Assembly: GCA_951406725.2 (NCBI GenBank)
Contig: OX597817.1
Coordinates: 113,336,001 to 113,400,000 of the forward strand
Length of the DNA stretch: 64,000 nucleotides
Reading direction: 5' to 3'
Source: Octopus vulgaris
Taxonomy: Eukaryota
The position numbers and the translations under genes are program-made. This document shows positions 52,431 through 64,000 of the stretch, one piece after another (position 1 is the first letter of the stretch; every line of letters starts with the position of its first letter). The notes beneath the pieces were generated by a model. It saw nothing but the letters and a program-made list of their open reading frames with translations. It was not told the origin of the DNA and did no database searches.

Positions 52431-53639
52431 CAGATATATACACTTTGTATATATACATTATATATACATATTTAAATATAGATACACACATATATAAATT
52501 AATTTCATTTTGAGGCCTCTGCTAATGTCCTGTGTAAGTGGTCGTCATTGAGAAGTAGTCCGCACCTCAAACATGCTTCCCTGTAAGTGGCGCAGATGAT
52601 ACCATCAACCGTGCGAAGATCAGCAAAAGACTTCAGTCCAGTAACTACATGAAGCAGCATTCTCAAAAAAAAGATTTCCTGTTTGGTAGGATGAATATTA
52701 TACACACGCCCAATGACGTTCTTCCTAGAAACACCGGGCCAATTGTCAAGTTCTGTTCCATGTGACCTGCGCTTCCAATTATTGTTGTTGTATGTGTAAT
52801 ATTCCGGTGCTTCAGGGTAAATGAGAGTAGCAGCAAACTCATCAACTGAACGCAATTTAAAAAACGCTGTAAGCGTAGTCCCTTTTGGATTTTCAATGAC
52901 TTGACGTGCATTTTTCTCTGAAGTAAACCAGCTGTCTCTTCTGTAAATGAACATTCAGGTGGAAAACTGATGGTGAGCTTAGATGAATCTCGTATCGAAA
53001 AATGCGCCACGCTGCATAATTGGAGGATACATACCTACCCAAAACGAATTGTTTAATTTCGTCATGTCTAAGGTCTTCATTACTGAACACAAACACAGCC
53101 ATATCATCGTCCTTATTAATGTACTTGCAGAGGTATTGTATGCATCTCACCGAACTGCAGTACTCAACATTAATGTGTGCATTAAATGTTTTGGAAAGCA
53201 AAGGGTTGAATGGAACAATCCAGGCATTATCAACATCAAATGTTATTAACTGTGTGGTGGTGGTGGCAATGATAATTGTGTGTATGAATGCAGACAGACA
53301 TGTAGAGAGAGAGAGTGTGAAAGCGCTGTAGAACGCCGTTTGATGAATCAACGTTATATATAGAAAGTGATGGGAAGGGAGGAAATAGAGTGAGTGAGTG
53401 AGGAAGACAGATACATAAAAGACTGAGAGTGGACTTGTCAAAGTGGGTTTTTGGCCCTAGCAACGACACCTTTTAAGATAGGGATTTCTAACGTAGCCCA
53501 CGGGCATTGTCACCTCATTTTACATGTCCCTGTAAATTTTGGAGTCAATCCGACGGGATGTAGTGGCCTTGAAAGCGATCCAAGCGGTCGAGTCAAACAA
53601 ACAAACAAACTTTTCGCATTTCAGTTTTATAAATAGAGA
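52330..53639 (-). mobile_element. Internally deleted Helitron retaining a Rep/Hel fragment
   Basis: 5' A|TC at 53639, 3' hairpin CCCGC-GCATAGA-GCGGG then CTAG|T at 52330. Coding remnants VDNAWIVPFNPLLSKTFNAHINVEYC..QYLCKYINK and FFLRMLLHVVTG.KSFADLRTVDG..TYREACL..GLL. Confidence 0.92.
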
Positions 53640-54231
53640 TATATAATATAAATCACTTCCTAGTTTCGGCGGGGGAGGTTGAAATTTGATATTGTTGTGA
53701 TGAGTGGTCAGTCTACATCTATCCATCACTACAGGTTTATAGTGTGTATGTGCGTGCATATACACATACATACACACAGGCGTACGTACATACATACATA
53801 TATATAACGAACTAACTGTTACTTTCTCAGATGCAGCACGGATTTTTGTCAGTGAACAGGTCGCGGTCTTATAGCGACGAAAATATTTTGACATATTAAA
53901 CTTAAATGTTGAAGTGAATCGAACGGCTTTTGTGTGTTTCTTAAATGGCTTACAAACACCTTCCACGCTGCCATAAATATAATGATTATTCATGAAATAA
54001 TAGTTTGTAGTAAATCAATTAGCTTTATCATTTAAAACTGGCACATTTATTTAATTAGTATGTGTTGTTACTAATAGAAAATGAATTAGCTAAATAAAAA
54101 TTTGAAAAAGAAATGCTTTAAGTGGATAAATATATATGTGTATTGTATACAGAATAAAATCATTGCTCTGGAAGTGTCTTGAATTTAGGAAGTGGTTTTC
54201 ATTTTATTTTGAATAAAATATTTATCCTTAA

Positions 54232-54437
54232 CACTTTAGTATTTAGATTACTCTATCAACAGTAATACTTATTTATTCACATTATTTTGAATTAATCCTA
54301 CATTATCTCATAGATTTGAGATTTCAGTGAGATGATTGGTTATTTTTAGAATTACATTGTAGGATAGGTGTGATAGGTCAGACCTGACCAGTTTGAACAT
54401 GTTTGGGCTAGTTATTGCTAGTTTAAATACTGAAAGG
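54232..54437. mobile_element. piggyBac-like MITE
   Basis: TTAA|CACTTTAGTATTTA .. TAAATACTGAAAGG|TTAA; similar TTAA-bounded element at about 61146-61373. Confidence 0.6.
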
Positions 54438-54545
54438 TTAATGTGTATAAATTATAGTTCCCAAGAAATAGTAAAACACTTAAATTTTTTTTTGCACAAT
54501 CATGATTTAATGTATATAAATAATTTGTATAATTTTGTTATACAG

Positions 54546-54632
54546 GTATGGCATAGTGTATATAATAGTGTTACGGCATCAGCCACGTGGTGGCAGTGCT
54601 GGTGCTGAAATAGTACTGTATCAACTTCAGAA
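54546..54632 (+). CDS. RMC1: RMC1 exon 9
   Basis: atacag|(L)YGIVYIIVLRHQPRGGSAGAEIVLYQLQ(K)|gtaagt. Confidence 0.93.
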
Positions 54633-55169
54633 GTAAGTTCTTCTATTTTATCATCAGTGTTTCCTTCTTTATTATTTAATGCCTACTTTTTTATGCTGTC
54701 ACATTTTGGATGTGTTAGCATCTTTCCATATATCTCAATATTGCATCAACTCCCCTTCTCTAAACTCTCCTGTAATATATCCATAGAACATTTGTATTCA
54801 TTAAAAAAACCAAGGACTGCCCTACAAAGAAATCTTTTATTAACACTCTACCTTAGTACTATTTATATCATATCATCTAGCTGACAGAACTTAGCTGTTT
54901 CCAAGAAACACTTGAGCAGTTCATGGAAGGAAATTGAAGAGTTTCTTAGTTCTAGAGATAAATGCAGTTCATGTTATTCAGTCCATAGTGAGAATGTTAG
55001 TTTTTTTTTTAAAGTTTTTTTTTTGCATGTTGTTTACTAAGTTTTAGTTCGCTTTACTTTGTATATGCTTAATATTTACACAATATCGAATTCTTACCTC
55101 TTTATTGTTTTTTATTTCTTTTCATTCTATGTGAACATTAGTATGGTTAAAGAGAACTACATTGTATAT

Positions 55170-56250
55170 CAGTAGGGTTTTGCTCTTGAGAACTTCAATG
55201 AAAACAATGTTGTCTTAGACATCAGCATTGCTTTCAATAAATGTGTGATTGAAAGTATCTTGTCAGTTTTCTCCATTGCACTGTGCATAACTGAGCTCTT
55301 TCCAACATATATTCTATCAATTTTGATGTTCCCCATGATTCAATTGTTTCCCACACACATCTTTCTGTATATTAATGACCTAGTTGTTGCCACTTCTAAT
55401 CATGTATTTTTACATGAATGATAACACCCTTCACTCTTCCTTAACTTTAGCTAAGTTCATCAAATGTAGATGCACTAAAATGTGTAGATGAACTTTTCAG
55501 CTTCATCTACACTTAATCTAGACATTTCATACTTGACTTGCAGTTTCCTTGAGCAGGGACCTTGGTACCATCTTCCAAAAGCATCAGATAACATAGTTCA
55601 AAGACACAACTACTACATGAACCAAAGAAACAGTTTTGCACTCACTCCTTATGCCCGAACATGAAGTACACAGAGTCAAAAACTTCAAAGTCATTTCAAA
55701 ATGTCTGATCCATCATGGCAACCTCAAATATATACCATTTACTAAATTAGTGTATCAATGCTTTTCACTTCAGTCTTAGAAAATGCTTCAGTTTTCATCA
55801 GTCATCAAAAGCTCAAGTATAACTCATATTGAAATACTTGGTAGATGTTTTTGTTACACATCATGATATCCTGTACTGCATCAGGCTAATTAGCTTATCA
55901 GGTCAAATAGTAAAGACTCAGTCATCAACACACTGCAACCATTGCTTCATGGAAATTCCGTATCTATAGCTACTACAATGAACTTTACCCGTTCTTAACT
56001 GAAAAGCTGTGTATCACTTATATTTTGGCTTATTTGATGTACCTACATCTCCTTATCATCCACACTGTATCTTACACCTGTAAATCCATACTTTAGACAC
56101 TTTTCCCAAGCATCTCCTTATCATCCTCACTGTATCTTACACCTGTAAATCCATACTTTAGACAACTTTTCCCAAGCATTCATCTTTAGAACTAAAAAAA
56201 AACTCTTCAATTTCCTTTCACCATGATTTTCTACAGGCATCAAGCTACAA
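55170..56250 (+). mobile_element. Highly decayed LINE RT remnant with an internal ~65-bp tandem duplication (56046-56179)
   Basis: LDISIAFNK, FLYINDL and a YADD-like remnant in RT order; the duplication is directly visible. Confidence 0.55.
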
Positions 56251-57459
56251 AGTGCATGGTTGCAGTTTTTCTCTCAAAACTGAATAATTTTTAAAAAGGG
56301 CTACTTTTCCAAGCTACAAAGTTCAAATTAGTGTGAAAAAGAAACCCAGTTTGTTGGTAAACAGAAGGTCCTATAAGTACATCATGTCCTTAATATCTGT
56401 ATTTTTGATTTCTTTATACATGGCCAGAATAGTTTTCATAAGTCATTTACTCACTTCTAGTTTTCTATTTTGATCACTATACAGTGTAAACATTATGATT
56501 AGCTTAATAACTAATCTCAGCATTTTTTCCCCCAACTCTTCTTCCGACTTCAGAGAAAAGGAGCATTAGCCATTATACTATTAGTTGAAAAGATAGCGCA
56601 CACAATAGTAACAACATCATAATGGATGATGATTTGACCTTAATTTGCAGATTATAATCAAGACATTGTTTATTGGTAGACTAAGGGTTTGAAGGGAAGA
56701 CTCAACTTGACTATGTTAGACAATAATTTAAAAAAAAAATTTATAGCTTACTCAGAGAATAGTGAGTAACTCCTGTTTTTGCAAGGCTTCTGAGACTTGT
56801 GGAGGAGAAAAGAGGAGGAAACTTTGATTATTGAGTTACTGCACTGTGAAACCGCATCAATACTGTATTTTCAAGCATACAAGTCAATGTAACACATAGT
56901 GTAAACGTGCAGTGTAAATATTCAAACAGTGTCGCTATCTTTTCAAATCCTGCTGCATTTCACATGGAATTTTCAGTCCACCAAAGTTGTCTTGGTGTAT
57001 AAGTTGACCTACTCTTTTTGATTGTAGATTTTGGTCTGAAAAATTTGATTTGCATGCCAGAAAATACAGTATGTCAAGTTATACTCAGACGAAAAATAGA
57101 GTCCTAATATTTGGACTAGAATAGATTCCGCTAAAGGTACCCAAGAATGATGTTAAACTGGGCTACAGATTAAGTCTCCCATCCAAGAAGGGATGGTCTT
57201 TCACAAATTTTACTTCTATTTAATTTCATTCACAAGGCTTGTTTTGGCCCATGGCTAAAAGAAAAGAGATTGTCCAAAGTGCCATGCTGTGTGTTCAAAT
57301 TTATTAACTACATGGCCATTCCTGAACCAATATTTGAATACTTTTATACTAAATGCACCTATAACTTCTGGTCTAAGTAAGAATTTTAATAAAAATTGCT
57401 TTTTATTCTTTTGTTAATATTTTGACCTTTAAATCTATCTATAATTTCAAACTTTGCAG

Positions 57460-57565
57460 AGAAAGTCCAGCTAAGAAAACCAATATATTACGCCTCGATA
57501 TGAGTGGTCGTTTTGCTGTGAATACAGTAGACAATTTGATAATTGTTCACCACCAAGCTTCTCGT
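57460..57565 (+). CDS. RMC1: RMC1 exon 10
   Basis: ttgcag|(K)ESPAKKTNILRLDMSGRFAVNTVDNLIIVHHQASR|gtaagt; matches GKFALNVVDNLVVVHHQ. Confidence 0.95.
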
Positions 57566-58125
57566 GTAAGTATTTTAGATTCTGCTTATTAACATCTTCT
57601 TAAGTAAAAGCTATGTCAGAACCAGCCTTAGTTTATAGACAGCAATATGTTAACCTACAATCCTTGGTCTACTTTGTTTAAATCCTGTAAGAGTCTGGTT
57701 TCATGGCATTAAGCAAATGCTTCATAAATCCCCTCTTCAGTAGCATGCTGGTCTATTACTGATAACATTCTTAAATTATATGGTGTCTGTTCCTGACAGC
57801 CAGGTAAACTGAAGTCATGTAAAGTGTTCTTCCCAGATACACAACATGCATTTAGCAAATTTGGAACCAGAACTAATGAAAATAATTGATAGGTAATCCA
57901 ATAGTTTATCTATTCAACCAAGTACAAAATAAGCACCACCACCACCACCACACACAAATGGGGATTAGATCTAATAAAAGGAATTGTATAGATCTAATCC
58001 CTATGGTACTACCTTCAAGTGTATGATCAATTTATTTCAGCCCAGTATTTAAATAAAGTTATTTTATCAAGTTCCCTCCCCCAACTCTCCTGAAGGCAAA
58101 AATGGCAGTTAACTTGCATACATAC

Positions 58126-58400
58126 TACAGTTTTATATTTAAGAGATGAGGAATTATGTACATTATTTACAATTGACAGAAATTTGTCCTCATCTTGTTT
58201 GTTGTTAACACATTTCGGCTGATATACTCTCCAGCCTTCATCAGCTGTCTTGGGGAAATTTTGAACCTGGGTTCTCGTTCCTAAGGTATTTTTCGATGTT
58301 TGTTGTTATTATTATTATTATTATTATTATTAATATTCAGGTCACTGCCTGGAATCAAACTCGGAATCTTGGGGTTAGTAGCCCACGCTCTTAACCACAC
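58126..58400 (-). mobile_element. Hammerhead-bearing SINE, copy C
   Basis: Same head, (AAT)n and 3' end as copy A; CTGATGAAGGCTG..CAGCCGAAA at 58207-58249 with a 3-nt deletion at the cleavage site. Confidence 0.85.
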
Positions 58401-58441
58401 TGTTTGATTATATGTAATTATTATTCTTTCTATTGTTGTAG

Positions 58442-58556
58442 ACTTCAATGATATTTGATATCAACCTTCCTGGAGAATCTGATAACTATATAATGTGTCA
58501 TCACCCTGTTCTCTCACCGCTACCAATTAAGCCTTTCCGTTTGTTTCTACCACCTG
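58442..58556 (+). CDS. RMC1: RMC1 exon 11
   Basis: ttgtag|TSMIFDINLPGESDNYIMCHHPVLSPLPIKPFRLFLPP(A)|gtaagt. Confidence 0.93.
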
Positions 58557-59850
58557 GTAAGTCTTCTTACTTTTTATCCATTCTTCATCATCATTTAATT
58601 TCCATTGTCCATGTTAGCATGAGTTGGACAGTTTGACCAGGGCTAGCAAGCTGGAAGGCTGCCTGCACCAGACTCCAGTCTGATTTGACATGGTTCTACA
58701 GCTGGATGCTCTTCCTAATGTCAGCTATTCTGAGAGTGTAATGGGTGCTTTTACATGCCACCCATATGTCTTATTCCACAAAATAATAGCCTATAATTTA
58801 TATTGTGAAAATCCTTCGTTATTTATGTTGTCATTTTAATGTCTTTTTTTATTTCATTTTCTCTATTGCCAACAGTGGTTTTTTTTTTTTGTTTTCCAAT
58901 GCTACATTTATTTCATTGATTTCTATCAAAAAAATTTTATTCTACCTACATTACTTCATTTCACCTAGCTGTTGAAAGATGATACTAAATCATATGGAGA
59001 TATTTGCCTGTGAGAGACTAACCTCTTCTCTACCGATAAATTTGTCGTTCCACTTCACCCAATGAAACCAGAGCCAAGCACTGGTTTTCAAATACCTGTC
59101 TTTGTTGAACCCCCAAGTCGGCTCTTTTCAAGCAGACCTGCAAGAAAAGATGTTTCAGTTAAAACTATTTTGACTTTTAGTATATCTAAGAATACACTAC
59201 ACACAATTAAAAAAAATTTTTTTATGGTAGAATGTGATTACTACTGCTATTTTTAATGCAACTGTTTTTTTAGTTCTCTACTGTATATTCTGAGTTCAAA
59301 TACTACTGCCTATCACTCTTTGGAACCTGTTAAAATGGTGAAAGACTTGGGAAGTTCTTCAGCAGGTACTTAATGTATATCAGTTTATTAATCTCTGTGG
59401 CACTACACTAGCTGGTAGAAAAGACAATATCTTATATTTTATATAAATGTTCATATATCCCACTTTCAGAGTAGATACACTGTGCCCCTACACATCATAA
59501 AATGACATTGAAAGGGTCTGTGACAGAAAAGGTATCCAGCATGGAAAGTTATAAAATGGTAAAAATGATATGGTGGTGCCCCAGCATGGCCACAGCTTGT
59601 GAGCTGAAACTAGATAAAATAAAATAAATATACAGTTGAGATATATCATAGATTAAACATGAAAACCCTAATAGATATTCTTTTATAAATGGAAAATAAG
59701 TTAATAATACAGGAAGTTTAAAATAACCAATTCTTTTAGTAATTTTATTCTTTTATTTTGTATGAAGCTATGTCTGTTTACAGTTACCAGTTTGTGATTT
59801 TACATTTTTGCTGTTTTCTACTTAATGCTGTCTCTGCCTCTTCTTTACAG

Positions 59851-59901
59851 CTCCCAGTCTTCCAGTTGGAACAGAGAAGACAGAATACACTTTTGAATTG
59901 T
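59851..59901 (+). CDS. RMC1: RMC1 exon 12
   Basis: ttacag|(A)PSLPVGTEKTEYTFEL(Y)|gtatccttt; phase fits both neighbours and the donor is U12-type. Confidence 0.85.
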
Positions 59902-61859
59902 GTATCCTTTTCTAAAGTTTTTTCTTTCATATAGCTTGCCCCTTTTTATTGTATGTCTGTCATGTGCTCTAGGACTCATAAGACTAGACCCTAATCCAGT
60001 CTGCATGGCATATAAGTAACTGAGATTACAACACTCCCCTTGAACAGGACACAGGTGTTGCAGAGTTCACTTCCTAAATATTGCTAATATATTCATTTAT
60101 AGCTGAGGGAATTGGAGCAACATAAAATAATTTTGTTCAAGAACACAATGCACAGCCCAGTCTGGTAATTAAAACCATGATCTTACTATCATGAGTACAA
60201 TACCCTAATCACTAGATCACATTCTTTCACACTTTTAATTGTAGATCATCCTAAAAAATTCTAACATAAGGTGTGAAAAAACAGCAGATTAAATATTTAC
60301 AATCTTCTGTCTATTTCAAGTTCTGTTAGTTCTGAAATCAACTTCCTCTACCATTTCTTAAGAATTTCTCAAATAAGCACATGTAACAGAAACCAGTGCA
60401 AAAGCCTCTAGAGTGGTACTCTAATGACTGGGAACTTGATCATGATGAATGTATTAGGATGGAATCACCTCGGTCAACAATATCCATCTCTATCACCATC
60501 ATAGTTTCACATCTGTTTTCCATGTTGGTATGGGTTGTATGGCTTGACTGAAGCTGGAGAGCCAGAAAACTGCACCAAAGCTCCATTATCTGTTTTGGCA
60601 TAGTTTTTGCTTGTGCTTGTGCTATGTAAAAAGCACTCTGTCCACTCCGCTGGGTGGTTGGTGTTAAGGGCATCCAGCTGTTAAAACCGTGCCAAAACAG
60701 ACATAGGAGTCAGGTACAGGCTCCTGCCTGGCCAGCTCCTGTCAAACTGTCCAACCCATATCAAAAGGCAAGGCAGACATTAAATGATGATGCTCTTCTT
60801 AATGTCAACCACTTTACAGAGTAGACTGGATGTTTTTTACATGGCACCAGCACTGGCAAAGTCTGTTTTGGCCTGGTTTTTAGTTGGATACCCTTCCTAA
60901 TACCAACCACCCTGCAGAGTGGACTGGGTGCTTTTTACATGGCACCAGCACTGCTGGTTTATAGTTATTTTTTCAAGCTTAAAATCTAATATTGATTAAC
61001 ATTCACAAGAACTGCAGAAAGTCCACATTTTATAAATGTTCTTATTTTTGCTTTGATACTTAAATTCATAGATCTTGGTGACATCATTTCATTATGTTAA
61101 AGATTTTGATTATGTCTTTGATTTAATTCCTTAGTTAAGGTTGTTTAACTCTTTCATTAACATATTTCTGTTACAATACACTGCTTTTGTTTCAGTTAAT
61201 TTTGGAAATAATGAAGAATTTTGTAAAATAATTGTGTCATTACGAAGATAATTTTTGAAATATAAATTCACATGAAATTTTGATAGAAGGTTTGAAATTA
61301 GATCTCTTTAAAACAGAAAGGTTGTATCACACAACTTGGGGCAGTTTTGTCAGATTGGTGTCAAACAGATTAAAGTATCACACTTGAACTTGTTTATTAT
61401 GTTAGAAATTTCAAATATGTCTTTTGATTTCACTCCATAGTTAAGGTTGCTTAAAGCATAACACTTGAACACATCATGACAAGCAGAATTTATTATATTT
61501 TTAAGTATAGAACTGATTGGACACCCATTGTCCTCAATGGTGATATTCTTGAAGAGGTTGAGAGTTTCAAATACCTTGGTGCCATCATTACAGCTACAGG
61601 TCAAGGTGAGGCTGACATTAAAACACAAATCAACCTCGCTCGCCAAGCCTTCAACCGACTCAATGCATGACTCTGGTCAAGATCTGAGATCCGACGCACC
61701 ACCAAAGTATGGATCTACTGTGAATAAAGTCTTGGGATACACTTAATCCAGATTTAGAATTTTATTGCTTGTGCTAGAAAACAATATTTTTTTTTTAAGA
61801 TTACCCTTTTTCTTTTTTCTCTCTGTTGTTTCTGTTAGTTTTTTCTTAACAAATTACAG
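59902..61859 (+). other. U12-type (minor spliceosome) GT-AG intron of RMC1
   Basis: 5' splice site GTATCCTTT; branch-point-like TTTTCTTAAC at 61841-61850, ending 9 nt before the intron end, with no polypyrimidine tract between it and the AG. Confidence 0.9.
61520..61722 (+). mobile_element. RTE-like LINE fragment inside the U12 intron
   Basis: PIVLNGDILEEVESFKYLGAII..DIKTQINLARQAFNRL..TKVWIY. Confidence 0.8.
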
Positions 61860-61913
61860 ATTCAGATAATTGGATTGTATTCCAGCCTGATATTATTATT
61901 GATGCTAAACTTG
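61860..61913 (+). CDS. RMC1: RMC1 exon 13 (gene continues beyond the window)
   Basis: ttacag|(Y)SDNWIVFQPDIIIDAKL(G)|gtaagt; matches LYSSSWIVFQPDIIISASQG. Confidence 0.95.
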
Positions 61914-63780
61914 GTAAGTTCCATTATATTTTACCCTTCTGTATGTGCATCTTTCCTCTTTATTTACTGAAAAACTTCTTGGTATGTTAAAACATATCAA
62001 AGTAGTCAAGTATAGGTTGTGCTAGTGGTATGTAAAAAGCACTATTCAAGCATGGTCAATGCCAGTACTGCCAGACTGGCCCTCGTGCCGGTGGCATGTA
62101 AAAAGCACCAACTACACTCTTGGAATGGTTAGCATTAGGAAGGGCATCCAGCCATTGAAACTTTGCCGGATCAGATTGGAGCCTGGTACAGCTTCCTGGC
62201 TTGCCAGTCCTCAGTCAAACCGTCCAACCCATGCCAGCATGGAAAGCAGACGTTAAATGACAACAATGATGATGATGATGCTCTTGACAGAATTTGAGCT
62301 TAACATCACAGGCTGAGGAAACTTAGATCAGTTCAAGCTAAAGAGCAAACTTCCATATGGTTGCCTAGCTTATGGAAATAGTAGCCATTGATCCCTCAAA
62401 TTATTTATTGCTTGAGAAAGGGTGAGTCAATGTACTCTTAGACATGCAATGCCTAAATCAAGGACAGGTAATGCACTGATGGTTGTGTTTTGCTGAGGAG
62501 ATCAGAATAATACCCAAACATCTTCAGAATTGTCTCCCATACTTCCTGCTATAAAAACAGTATTAGGCAATATCCAATATTGCTTTACTCACTGCATATT
62601 TCTTGTTAGCTTTTTAATGATGCAGGCATTAAATACTGTATTTGATGGCATATAAAATGCACTGCATTTTCAAAAAAATGTCTCAAAAACAATCACCTTG
62701 GGTTTTATATGCAAAAGTTGGGCCTCCCATAAGCATTAATGTTTTAAAAACTATTTTTTCTTGAACATGCTCTGCTGATGTTAGGTTGTATCTATCATGC
62801 TCATGTGTCTTTTATATCATCAAATAGAATACATAACTTGTATAGTGTTTGTTGTTTATGTGTGTCTCTTTAAATTACTCTTGTACTGGTTTCAATCATT
62901 GAACTGCTTTGAAGAGTTTAACCAATCAAATCATTCCATGGGTCCATATTTTGCCAAACTATTAATTTACAGGGACATGAATATCAGTTGTCAAGCACAA
63001 TGACAATAACACACACACATACACATACATATATGTTCATTTATATGTTTTACTTCCTTTTTTTCCATAATAGCATGAGTTAGACAAATACATATTATTG
63101 GGGCATTGTTTACAGCTTGATGCCCTTCCTGTCACTAAGCCTTACCTGTTTTTCAAATACAGGACTTTTCATTCCACTCCTCTTTGAAAGTGCAGAAGTG
63201 GTGGACAATTTATTTATAGGAAATGTCAACAAACATCACCATTTGTAGCCAAGTTCATTTTTCTAGAGAAGCACACAAGGATGCTATTCACACATGCAAA
63301 CACCTGGTTATGAAGAATTATTACCTTGTTTGGAAACACGTGAGGGTTGGTAACAGGAAGGGCATCCTGTCATAAATAATTTGCCTCAGCAAATTCCATC
63401 AGACCCATGCAATCACGCAAAAGTGGACATTAAAACGAAACCACACACACAAACATTCAAACATATGGTGAGCCTTATACAGTTTCCATCTACCAAATTC
63501 ACTCACTAAGTATTGGTCAGCTCAGAGCTATAATAGAAGACACCCAAGTCTCATCCTGTGGGACTGAACTCAAACCACATGGCTAAAAAGTAAATTTCTT
63601 AACACAACAGTCGGGCCTTATTATTATTTGAGGGAATATTAATCCTAACTTACAGGGTAAAAAATTCAATTTAGAAATACTAAATCAAAGTTCACGCAAT
63701 ATAATATATATATATATATATATAAAATTAGAAAGAACCACCTTTTATCAATTCAAAATGAACTATTAAATTACACCATT

Positions 63781-64000
63781 TGAAAATTACATATAATAGA
63801 AATATTAAAATTAAAATAACAATAAAATACCAATGATTAAGTAAATTGCAAAATAATAATAAAAACGTATATAATTTGTACCAATTATATACATTTTTAT
63901 CATTTTTTTGCAATTTACTTAATCATTGGTATTGATATTTTAATTTTAATATTTCTAATTATATGAAAATTACATATAATAGAAATATTAAAATTAAAAG
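63781..64000. repeat. AT-rich long palindrome in a tandem unit
   Basis: 63790-63965 is a near-perfect inverted repeat centred on GTAC (63878-63881); 63964-64000 repeats 63781-63816. Confidence 0.85.

Noticed and set aside
56554-56570. Acceptor-like site (cttccgacttcag|AGAAAAG) resembling the exon 10 start
   Set aside because: Gives a stop after four codons and has no supporting homology; 57460 fits RMC1.

Overview
AT-rich, repeat-dense animal genomic DNA; the SINE/LINE repertoire and microsatellites suggest a cephalopod, probably Octopus (inference). Two host genes sit head-to-head with only 162 bp between their start codons. One is an intronless mitochondrial asparaginyl-tRNA synthetase (NARS2, 22550..24052, minus). 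The other is RMC1/C18orf8/Mic1 (plus), for which I traced 13 in-frame coding exons from 24215 to 61913; the gene continues past the window and includes a U12-type intron at 59902..61859. The rest is mostly transposon-derived: CR1-like, RTE and RLE-type LINE fragments, a deleted Gypsy, mariner/Tc1 copies, a hAT nested in a mariner, hAT and piggyBac-like MITEs, Helitrons and several tRNA-derived SINE families. The most notable signal is a tRNA-headed SINE (3 copies) carrying a Penelope-type minimal hammerhead ribozyme motif, with two copies joined as an inverted pair. Also seen: two local templated-copy events, inverted LINE copies around RMC1 exons 3-4, and an AT-rich palindrome at the window end. 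No protein-coding host gene could be supported in 1..22500.
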